A DNA stretch of 64,000 nucleotides from an uncultured Nitrososphaerales archaeon (GTDB lineage: Archaea > Thermoproteota > Nitrososphaeria > Nitrososphaerales > Nitrososphaeraceae): contig CAVQMO010000001.1 in assembly GCA_963713605.1 (NCBI GenBank), positions 224,001-288,000 on the forward strand. The letters run 5' to 3'. Positions 55,286-64,000 of this stretch are shown one piece after another. A model generated the notes under the pieces. It did no database searches. It was not told the origin of the DNA and saw only the letters and a list, made by a program, of their open reading frames with translations. The position numbers and the translations under genes were made by a program. Within the stretch, counting starts at the first letter, position 1. Each line of letters starts with the position of its first letter.

Positions 55286-56317
55286 TTAGTCATAAGCTGA
55301 CGCATTCTGAACATTCCTCTTTGAGAGTGAAATATTACTGGGGTAAAGGTCAATGCCTACAAACCGTCTTTTCAACTTTTTACAAATAATGCCTGTAGTC
55401 CCTCTACCCAAGAACGGATCCAAAACCCAATCTCCTTCTTGTGTAGCAAATTTGACTATTCTCTCGACCAACTCTTCAGGAAAGATTGCAAAGTGTTCAT
55501 TTCCATGATGAGCCTTAGTTGCGATGTCCCACACATTTCCTGGATTTTTACCTTTCAAATTGCACACTGCAAATATAGGATAATGCTTGTGATCTCCAAT
55601 CCTGTTCCTCGTGGCATGACGTTTAAACTTTCGATAGCATGTAGGACAATATTTCTCGGGATCGTAGCCGTATGCTCTTGCTATTTCACTTGTAGACGGC
55701 AATAATTCTGTGTTCGGAGTAGAGCTCCATTTTGTTATTCTTTCCATTATACGGGCAATCTTTTTTTTGTCGGGTCTATCTGGACCAAATTGTAACATAT
55801 TTAGGGGCGGTTCTTTATTTCGTCCTTCCTTTGCTTCGTTGCCCTTGGTTCTTATCAAATCCATATTGGTAAAACAATTAGCACGTTTGGAGAGGAAAAG
55901 AACATATTCATAAGCCTGAGAGAAGTTAATTTGGGAACCTGAAGCTATGTAGTTTCTCTTGTACCAAATAATGTCCTCCCGAAGAATGTAACCTTCTTTG
56001 ACTAAACCCGCAGTGAGACGCTGAGGGATCAAGAGCTTGCCATAATTTCGTCTACTGTCACCGATAACAATCCACAAACTTCCATCATCTCGTAAAAGCA
56101 TTCTGCATTTTGCAAATAACATGATAAGCCGTTCAACAAAAGCGCAAGCGGATGATTCTCGACCTAGCTCCCTAATGTCATCGCCATATTTTCGGTGCTT
56201 GTAGTAGGGAGGCGAGGTGACTATAAGCCTATATTTTTTTCTTTGCTCCGGTAATAGTGAAAGGCTCTCGATAATAGTCTCCGCATCTCCTTCAATGAAG
56301 TAGGGATACCGCTCCAT
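55286..56317 (-). CDS. Orphan beta-class DNA methyltransferase (probably N4-cytosine)
   Basis: TSPPY (motif IV) precedes HFAIFP and VLDPFLGRGTT (motif I). Confidence 0.9.
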   Translation of the reverse strand: MERYPYFIEGDAETIIESLSLLPEQRKKYRLIVTSPPYYKHRKYGDDIRELGRESSACAFVERLIMLFAKCRMLLRDDGSLWIVIGDSRRNYGKLLIPQRLTAGLVKEGYILREDIIWYKRNYIASGSQINFSQAYEYVLFLSKRANCFTNMDLIRTKGNEAKEGRNKEPPLNMLQFGPDRPDKKKIARIMERITKWSSTPNTELLPSTSEIARAYGYDPEKYCPTCYRKFKRHATRNRIGDHKHYPIFAVCNLKGKNPGNVWDIATKAHHGNEHFAIFPEELVERIVKFATQEGDWVLDPFLGRGTTGIICKKLKRRFVGIDLYPSNISLSKRNVQNASAYD

Positions 56318-56698
56318 CAGAGTTTCTATTGATTTGCCTAGAAAATCAAGTTATCCATTCCTATTGAATTTGAAGCATTGAGATGCATGGATTTGTGTTG
56401 CTATATTCTGGAAGAGGGTTTGTAGTCTGTAGCATCAACTAGAGACGCGGCAATAGTTGGGCGTCGTGCGGGGACCTACTTCGTAAAAAACTCGAGAGAG
56501 GCATCTTCTTCGTAGCACGGCTCGTAAAAGAAAAGAGCATTAAGAAATAGCCGTAAGTATCTCAATATCCAGGACCTCTAATACCAGACAGAGAACTGCA
56601 GTTAGAATAAGTTGCCTGACAAGGATGTTGACCTTTTTTTCGTGGTGTTGATTTTTGAGATAAATAAAGATATATTATCTCATCTCTGATGCATTTTT

Positions 56699-56824
56699 AG
56701 CGGGGTGGGGAAGCCAGATTCTCCAAGGAGAAGGTTAGGTTATCCCGGCGGGCTCATAACCCGCAGAGCGGTTACTTGTTACGTTCACACGTACATGCCG
56801 TAAGTTCAAATCAACCCCCCGCTA
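56699..56824 (+). tRNA. Initiator tRNA-Met(CAT) with two non-canonical introns (56718-56738 D-loop; 56774-56803 T-stem)
   Basis: Acceptor AGCGGGG/CCCCGCT (A1:U72), anticodon arm GCGGG-CTCATAA-CCCGC, two BHB motifs. Confidence 0.92.
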
Positions 56825-56898
56825 TAATGTGTTAGCAATATTGAAATTGACATATTTTGGGCTGGACTTGTAGTTCTTTCTCAGACTCCACCAGGTAC

Positions 56899-58266
56899 CT
56901 AGGGTTTAGAGAACCATGTCGGCCACAAATTCATTTCCAAGCTACTTTTCAGATTCTTCTCCATTCCGTAGCGATGAATAGGTTTAGTTAAATGCCTGTG
57001 AGCTCTTGGAGCAGGAACAAAGAGCTTAGTCTCTATCATTCGAGGTTTTGGAATCAAAATCTTTTTAGCTCCTCTATTGCGAAAACCGCATTTTCGACAT
57101 TGAAATCCTTTCTTAGCTCCCTCAGATTTCATCCGCTTATTGCAGGCTATGCAAAGGGGGTTGACAGTTTCGAAGATTTCCTTCGTCTCTAACACTTGCA
57201 AATATTCTACATTTAACGTTTTAAGATGCTTTGAACTGGGCTTCCTGACACCAAACCCTATCTTTATGACATCCCCAACATCCAGTTTGGATGCGATATT
57301 TACCATATCTGTCGGTTCGTAGACTGCAGCATTAACAACCGCGCCAATGGAATCCCTAACGCTAAACATTGCATGGCCACCTTCAATTACCGAAGGCCTT
57401 GAATCGACTATGCATTGGCTGAAACCGGCTGTGTAGCATTTAATGTCTGTGAATCCAATCTCATTTTGAAGATGTAGATTCGTACCTTGATTTGTTCTAA
57501 ACACCATGTAACCTTCAAGTTTCTCAAGAATCTGTAGTTTTCTGAGTGCCGAGCATACTATCTCTGCACTTTCACCTCTTATTCCACAGAAAACAGGGTC
57601 TGGGCCATGAGGAAGAATTAGAACCCTATGGTGTGCCTTATCGTAGTTATTGAAGGTGTAAGGAAATGTTTCTTCATCACATAAAACTACCTGTGTACTA
57701 TCAAGTTTTCTCACTGTTCCACATTTTTCATGTTTTCTATAGGCCACAGCTTCGAAAGTGTGGTCTTCTTGTAGAAGTGTACCAATAGCCGCTATAGAGC
57801 CAACCAGCCCTTGTCCATTTCCGTCTATAAAAAAACGAATCTGATGATGTGTAGCTAAGTCTTCTGCCGCCTTCCTGCTAACTACGTCGTATAACGCTTT
57901 ACGAGCAAAAGATTGAATATTGTATGGTATTGTGTCCCCACAGTAGACAGCTATTCCCGGATTAGCACCAGTTGCTACTAAGTTTTCCTTGTGAATTAAA
58001 TCCATTATCCTGTCCAAAAGATCTTCATGATATGAAGTTCTGAATCTCAGGCATACAGCCCCATTGCCTCTAGTCTTCCAAGGAATGTTTGGATTCAACC
58101 TGATAAGTAGAGGATAGTCAACAAATTCAGTAGTCTTGTTATTCAGCAGGTGGTCAATAATCCTATAAGCAGCATGGGTAGTGCACTTGCCTTGCGTTGA
58201 ATCTGTGTCGTCTAGCCCGACATGTACTATAGGCGACTTTATAGAAGATTTGGTGGAAACCTGCAT
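56899..58266 (-). CDS. tiaS: tRNA(Ile2) agmatinylcytidine synthase
   Basis: GLDDTDS..GKCTT, RLNPNIPWKTRGNGA, PHGPDPVFCGIRG, TNQGT and zinc ribbon. Confidence 0.96.
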   Translation of the reverse strand: MQVSTKSSIKSPIVHVGLDDTDSTQGKCTTHAAYRIIDHLLNNKTTEFVDYPLLIRLNPNIPWKTRGNGAVCLRFRTSYHEDLLDRIMDLIHKENLVATGANPGIAVYCGDTIPYNIQSFARKALYDVVSRKAAEDLATHHQIRFFIDGNGQGLVGSIAAIGTLLQEDHTFEAVAYRKHEKCGTVRKLDSTQVVLCDEETFPYTFNNYDKAHHRVLILPHGPDPVFCGIRGESAEIVCSALRKLQILEKLEGYMVFRTNQGTNLHLQNEIGFTDIKCYTAGFSQCIVDSRPSVIEGGHAMFSVRDSIGAVVNAAVYEPTDMVNIASKLDVGDVIKIGFGVRKPSSKHLKTLNVEYLQVLETKEIFETVNPLCIACNKRMKSEGAKKGFQCRKCGFRNRGAKKILIPKPRMIETKLFVPAPRAHRHLTKPIHRYGMEKNLKSSLEMNLWPTWFSKP

Positions 58267-58573
58267 TTTTTATATACCCAGGGAGTTATACTTGATTCAT
58301 TATATTGCGATTTATATCTACTTCTGATTGTTGTGAATGGGATCAACAGGAACACTGAATTTGTACTCGATATTTCACGGAGAAATTTTTGTAATAAAAA
58401 CAAATTCTCTCGCCACTTGTGCTAAAATCAGTATTTAGTAGCCATATTGTAATAATTCTCATAACAAAGTTGGTATTCGGACTAACATTTTCTATAAGTA
58501 ACAAAGTTCAGTATTACTAAACTTATTGTTAGAGATCCTTATTTATACCACTAATCGATATAGTTTGATTCTT

Positions 58574-59800
58574 ATGGGTACTGTAAGATGTCTTAAGTGT
58601 AGGGAATGTAACAGGGAATATGAGCCAGATTTTAGATATATCTGCGAAGATTGTTTTGGTCCTATAGATGTTGAATATGAGACCACTTCTGCCCTAACAA
58701 GGGAGTTATTTTCAAAAAGGCAGGAAAAGTCGTATTGGCGATATTTTGAACTCTTGCCCATTGCAAACAAAAATAATATTATTAGTCTAGGTGCAGGATT
58801 CACTCCGCTCCAACTAGCAGATAGACTAGGAGAGCAGATTGGGGGCTTGAAGAATATATTCATAAAGAATGATTCTGTCAATCCTACATATTCATTCAAA
58901 GATAGACCGGCTGGCGTTGCAGTATCTAAAGCGAAAGAAATTCGGTTAAGAGCAGTCGGTTGTGCATCTACTGGGAATCTAGCTTCTGCGACAGCCGCAC
59001 ATGCTGCCAAGGCTAAATTGCCATGCTTTATTTTTGCACCCTCTGATATCGAGACAGTAAAAATCTCTCAAGCATTGTCATATGGTGCAGAATTTGTTGC
59101 AGTAGACGGTACCTATGATGACGCCAACAGAGTTGCATCTGTAATTGGTGATTCCAAAGGTATTGGGATAGTCAATATCAATATGCGACCATATTATGTT
59201 GAAGGTTCCAAGACACTCGCCTTCGAGGTTGCAGAACAATTAGGCTGGCAAGTCCCAGATACTCTTGTAATCCCGGTAGGTAGTGGGGCTATGCTCAACG
59301 CAGTTTGTAAGGGATTTGAGGAACTAGAAAACTTAGGGCTGGTGGATAATGTGTCAAAGATGAAAATTATTGCAGCTCAACCACATGGTTGTGCACCAAT
59401 AGTCGACGCTTTTAAAAACAAGAGCAATGAAGTCAGGCCAATAGAAAAGCCTGAAACAATAGCAAAAAGTCTGGCGATCGGCGATCCTGGCGATGGACTG
59501 TATGTACTTAGACGTCTTGCTCAGTATAATGGTATTGCAGAGGAAGTCACAGACGAAGAGATTGTGGATGGTATTCTGGCTCTTGCAAGGACCGAGGGAA
59601 TCTTTACAGAACCGGCTGGAGGAGTATCTGTAGCAGCGCTTAAGAAGTTGGTTCAGGATGGCAGAATTGATAAGGACGAAAATATTGTGTGTTATGTTAC
59701 AGGCAATGGACTTAAAGCGACCGAAGCAATTGTGGACGTACTTCCAAAACTAGATGCTGTAAAGCCCGATATACAGGTAGTATCGGCGCTGATTAGATGA
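58574..59800 (+). CDS. thrC: Threonine synthase-like PLP enzyme
   Basis: N-terminal CREC...CEDC, NPTYSFKDR, ASTGN, EGSKT, EPAGG and TGNGLK motifs. Confidence 0.92.
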   Translation: MGTVRCLKCRECNREYEPDFRYICEDCFGPIDVEYETTSALTRELFSKRQEKSYWRYFELLPIANKNNIISLGAGFTPLQLADRLGEQIGGLKNIFIKNDSVNPTYSFKDRPAGVAVSKAKEIRLRAVGCASTGNLASATAAHAAKAKLPCFIFAPSDIETVKISQALSYGAEFVAVDGTYDDANRVASVIGDSKGIGIVNINMRPYYVEGSKTLAFEVAEQLGWQVPDTLVIPVGSGAMLNAVCKGFEELENLGLVDNVSKMKIIAAQPHGCAPIVDAFKNKSNEVRPIEKPETIAKSLAIGDPGDGLYVLRRLAQYNGIAEEVTDEEIVDGILALARTEGIFTEPAGGVSVAALKKLVQDGRIDKDENIVCYVTGNGLKATEAIVDVLPKLDAVKPDIQVVSALIR

Positions 59801-59828
59801 ACCAGAGATAGGAGCAGACACAGAGATT

Positions 59829-61215
59829 ATGGTTCAGATAGAATTTGTAATTCCGTCAGTCCTAAACAAAGGTGGAGGAGAGCGTAAATTACCCATTGAA
59901 GCTGAAAGTTTGAGTGACGCCTTTCAAAAAGCGTCAGAGACAATGGGCGAGGATTTCAAGAGAAGAGTATTTGATCTTGATGGTAAACCAAGATCATTGA
60001 TCAATATCTACCTAAACGGGAAAAATATAAGATTTAGTAGCGATGGCATGGCCACTGCACTGAACAAAGATGACACTATCTACATACTTCCTGCAGTTGC
60101 AGGAGGAGGAGAACAAGGAGGAGATGAACAGCTTTCTGGGAAGGATATGCAGCGATATTCACGGCAGATCATGCTCGAAGAAATCGGTTTCAATGGGATG
60201 GAAAAACTAAGGAAGGCTACTGTGTGCGTAGTTGGAGTCGGGGGAATAGGCAATCCTGTCACAACTATGCTCATTGCTATGGGTGTGGGTAAACTAAGAA
60301 TAGTAGACAGAGATGTTATCGAAGTTTCTAATCTTCACAGACAGCATTTGTATAACGAGGACGATATCGGTAAAGTTAAGGTGGAAGTAGCTGCTGAGCG
60401 CTTGCAGAAATTAAATCTAAACGCCAAAATTGAGGCAATACCGATCTCTGTTACCAGATATAACGCAGAAAGCATAGTAGAGGGGGCAGACATAGTTATT
60501 GATGCGCTTGACAGCGTGGAGCCAAGATATGCATTGAATGATGCTTGTATAAAGCAAAAGGTACCGTTCATTTATGCTGGAGCTTTGGGGATGCTTGGTT
60601 CGGTGTGTACAGATTCTTCCCGGCGAATCAGCATGCCTGCGGTGTATGTTCCCTGAATTAGAGGAGGAAGACATGCCTACTTGCAGTACAGAAGGTGTTC
60701 ATCCGTCGATACTTTACTTAGTTGCAGGAACGCAGGTGTCAGAAGCCGTTAAAATAATCACCGGTCAAAGGCCATCGTTGGTTGATAAGCTGCTATATAT
60801 AGATCTGAACGATTTGACGATGGAGAAGGTACAAATGTTAAGACAAGAAGCTTGTCCATCTTGTGGCCCCGCTGCTAATATCTCAAAGCCTCCCACGGCT
60901 AAGGTAGTTGCAGGAGAACAGTTATTTGTAGAGGAACTTTGTGGGCGAGATAGGGGTAAGAGAACTTATACAGTAGCACCGTTTGGACTCTCTTCCATAA
61001 GTCTCTCCATGATAATAAAAAATGCCGAGCATCTTGGGTATGATGTGACATCCCGTGGAAATTTAGGAATAACCGCCTCAGGCAGTGGGGTCGAGGGGAA
61101 GGTATCAATCAGTATCCTTACCAGTGGAGCAGCTACCATTGTGGGAGCAACTAACGAAACAGATGCACTCAATATCTACAGGACTTTTGTGGATGGAACG
61201 ATCGCAAGAAATTGA
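59829..61215 (+). CDS. MoaD/ThiS ubiquitin-like domain fused to MoeB/ThiF E1-like adenylyltransferase (frameshift near 60611)
   Basis: beta-grasp domain ending LPAVAGG, then RYSRQ, GVGGIG, DRDVIEVSNLHRQ, CLRC, C-x3-G, CPSC and ELCGR. Confidence 0.9.
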
Positions 61216-61361
61216 CGCTCGATGTGTAATCAATTTTTGAAAATAGTTGTCCACAAAAGTTCATAACTGTCAGAATCATTTTCTACGCGAGTTCCCAGTT
61301 ACACATTATTCTTACTGTTAGGACAGAAATAGTCACTCTAAGTTGTAACATGCGATACGAA

Positions 61362-62936
61362 CTAAAGTTTGAGTCTTTCTAACACCCTTCTACCTTCTTC
61401 ATCTGACAAAGGAGCACTTAGCTCCTCAGTTCGTAATACATATTCCTGTCTTTCCTTTTCATCAGTTTCGTACCTCAAAATTAATTCTCCCTTTACTGGG
61501 CTCTTATTAGAAATCCCTTGGATCAAAAACGAAAATCCGACTGCAACAAGTTCGAGAAAAGACATTACAATGTCTTCGTAATATAGTAGCGCCTTGTTTG
61601 ACTCATTTGAGCTCATTATAGCTTCCTTATCACCTACCCTGATCGAATCTAGCTTCATGTGAGGTGACACAGCAGAGGTATTCGAGATGTCATTTATTCT
61701 ATCTGCTAATATTTTTCCCATCATTACAATTTTGAGGTTGTCTGTCCCTTCTTGAAATTCTTTCTGAGTAAGGTCTATCTTCCTTCGTTCACCCTTGTCA
61801 AGGTAATCAATCCTTGGCACTCTGCCTTCCGATACGAGTCCCTTATAGTACTCTATCGTAGTAGTACTACTATTACTATTAGCGCTTTTTTCTTCCAGTA
61901 TTAAGTCAGGCAAATTATATTCTAGCTCCACTGATTTTTCGTCACACTTTGCAGGGTCTCCTGAGAGCTTAACAACTAACGTCTTGCCAATATGGATTTT
62001 GATATACGTAATGTATAGACTACTCGCGTTGACAAACTCGACCTCTCTCTCAGATAAGTCTTGAGGGTCTGCTTGGCTTGATCCAAGCCCGAAAGACCGT
62101 CGTAGTTTTTCTGATATTGATTTCTTGAATCCGATTGGGATCAACAGATCGTCTATTCCTAGATCAGATATTTTTCTTCGATGTTTCCAAAACTCAGAAA
62201 ACTTAGAGTCAATAGTGAAATGGTACGAAAATGTGGATGCAAGCGGGCTCTCGAGTCCGTCAATTTTAGCACCGGCAGAACTAGATGAATCAGTGTTGGT
62301 GACGCCGATGATCTCATTTGTAGAAGTAATTGTATATGAATAAGGATCCCTATCTATTTTTGCCGTCAGTACCTTGTTTCGCCTTTCGAGGATAGTACCT
62401 GGCAAGTTAAATTCGTCCTTCGATAGCCAAAGCTGAAGTAAAGTAATAGCATTATTATACGAACCAATGATCCTCTCCTGTATTTCTTCTCTGTATTCAT
62501 TGGAGTACTTTGTAAATTGCTTTTCAATATCCCCTATTGAGTTTATTAGAGGAGCCCTCATGCGAAAGAAAGAAGATTCAGTTTCTTTCTTAATGTCGGA
62601 GGAGCTCACGATTTTCTCGTGATATTTGGTATGAAATGCGTCTAACGACGATTCTACTGAAATTTGCAAATTCCCGATCTTTCTTATAATCTCGTCTTGA
62701 AAAATATCAACATTCTCCAAAACGAATCGAAGGGTGCCTACATTTTTATGAATTTCAATTATATTTGCAGAAGTAGATACGAAATCCTTCAATACATAGA
62801 TAATATTCTTGTTCTCTTCAAATGGCGTATAATCTCCGTACAAGTACCGTCCCTTGTTCTCTTCTTTAGTATAATTAGTAAGCAAGTTTGATTGGGCGTC
62901 ATTTTTCGTATCCATGGGATTATACTCTACTATCAT
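61362..62936 (-). CDS. Large hypothetical protein
   Basis: Intact 524-aa ORF with a helical/coiled-coil N-half and a beta-rich C-half. Confidence 0.8.
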   Translation of the reverse strand: MIVEYNPMDTKNDAQSNLLTNYTKEENKGRYLYGDYTPFEENKNIIYVLKDFVSTSANIIEIHKNVGTLRFVLENVDIFQDEIIRKIGNLQISVESSLDAFHTKYHEKIVSSSDIKKETESSFFRMRAPLINSIGDIEKQFTKYSNEYREEIQERIIGSYNNAITLLQLWLSKDEFNLPGTILERRNKVLTAKIDRDPYSYTITSTNEIIGVTNTDSSSSAGAKIDGLESPLASTFSYHFTIDSKFSEFWKHRRKISDLGIDDLLIPIGFKKSISEKLRRSFGLGSSQADPQDLSEREVEFVNASSLYITYIKIHIGKTLVVKLSGDPAKCDEKSVELEYNLPDLILEEKSANSNSSTTTIEYYKGLVSEGRVPRIDYLDKGERRKIDLTQKEFQEGTDNLKIVMMGKILADRINDISNTSAVSPHMKLDSIRVGDKEAIMSSNESNKALLYYEDIVMSFLELVAVGFSFLIQGISNKSPVKGELILRYETDEKERQEYVLRTEELSAPLSDEEGRRVLERLKL

Positions 62937-63116
62937 CTGGTATATGAATTACAATATAAAGGATTGAGACTTCATCTAGGCTCCCACTTGCCGCTTCGAG
63001 TTTTTAAGGATTCGCGTAATATAGAATAGGACAGGCCTTGGACACCACAAGTAAGTGCTACCTGAATACTCTTACAGCGTTCAAGATTATGTGATATTTT
63101 CTCTTAGGCCAGATCC

Positions 63117-63989
63117 TTACCACCTTCTTCCAGCGATATGTCTACTGTAATAGTATAGATATTGTTGGGCATAGCCAGCGTATGTACCGAAATGCATCCT
63201 CATGCGATTAGACAGATATCGATATTGCTGATGACTAAGATGATGTTTTTGTTGGCCGTTTATTCCCCTTTTTTTCTCACCAACGGGAAGTTCATAATTA
63301 TGAGATATTATTCTCGCTATCCATGTGTCTATGGGAAATGCTTCCAATTTCTCAAGTGAAAATAAGAGTATGCAATCTGCAGTCTTGTCTCCTATTCCGT
63401 GGATGCCTATCAGAGCCCGTTTTGCGTCTTCATAGCTCATTCGGGTAAGCTCCTCAGGAACAATCTCTCTATAATATATTTTAGTTGCAAGCATTTTGAT
63501 CGATTTAGCTCTATAACCTGTACCACAGGTAACTAATTCTGATATGTTCGCTTCATGGAGATCTCTTGGTTTTGGAAAAGTAAAAAATTGGTCCCCATTC
63601 ACGGTCATTTTTTTTCCAAATTGCCTACATAAATTAAAAAGTACTTTGCGAATTCGCTGAATATTAATATTACTAGCACACAGGAACGAAAACATACATT
63701 GAATAGGGTCCTGTCTCATTACTCGAAGGCCTCGAAATCTCATTATAGAATTACGCACGAGTGGGTCAAATGAAATGGTATTGAGTATTTTGTCAATGTC
63801 GTCATCCATTCTAAACAACTTCTTTTCCCATCCGCGATCCTCAGGAAACGATTCATATTTTATACGGCTGTTATCCTGATCATTATGTTGATCTTCAAAT
63901 GATAGTTTCAACACGTGATTGGTGTGAATTCCATACCATGCATCTCTTTTCTTTTGCCATAAGAACATCTGTCCACTATTGATTGTCAA
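63117..63989 (-). CDS. 8-oxoguanine DNA glycosylase (OGG1-like, HhH-GPD), start may lie outside the window
   Basis: GLRVMRQDP, SNINIQRI, GYRA, GIGDKTADC, FPIDTW and YAGYAQQYL motifs. Confidence 0.9.
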   Translation of the reverse strand: MTINSGQMFLWQKKRDAWYGIHTNHVLKLSFEDQHNDQDNSRIKYESFPEDRGWEKKLFRMDDDIDKILNTISFDPLVRNSIMRFRGLRVMRQDPIQCMFSFLCASNINIQRIRKVLFNLCRQFGKKMTVNGDQFFTFPKPRDLHEANISELVTCGTGYRAKSIKMLATKIYYREIVPEELTRMSYEDAKRALIGIHGIGDKTADCILLFSLEKLEAFPIDTWIARIISHNYELPVGEKKRGINGQQKHHLSHQQYRYLSNRMRMHFGTYAGYAQQYLYYYSRHIAGRRW

Positions 63990-64000
63990 CTCCGGATTAA

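Noticed and set aside
58543..59010. Antisense ORFs inside thrC (and similar shadows in tfb, purP, the GPT gene and the ADH gene)
   Set aside because: Shadow frames of well-supported genes on the opposite strand.

Overview
AT-rich archaeal chromosomal window, most consistent with an ammonia-oxidising thaumarchaeote (Nitrososphaeraceae-like). Supporting markers are a DnaJ-ferredoxin fusion, a single histone, TFEalpha and TFEbeta, TFB, GatDE, TiaS, aTrm56, a ubiquitin-like-E1 fusion and tRNAs with non-canonical BHB introns. Content is mainly housekeeping genes and small conserved hypothetical or zinc-finger proteins, plus five tRNAs (Cys, Phe, Gly, Val and initiator Met, the last with two introns). 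At least 13 genes, including essential gatD and gatE, are broken by mostly single-base +1 insertions, which points to long-read or assembly error rather than real pseudogenes. No CRISPR array, transposase or integrase was seen. The most unexplained signals are several 65-280 nt intergenic tracts that fold by eye into nested stems with alternative or pseudoknot pairings, a catalytically degenerate solo Cas4-like protein, an orphan m4C methyltransferase with a Cys/His insert, a thrC plus ubiquitin-like/E1 fusion operon and a 524-aa unknown protein. All structures were read by eye, not computed.
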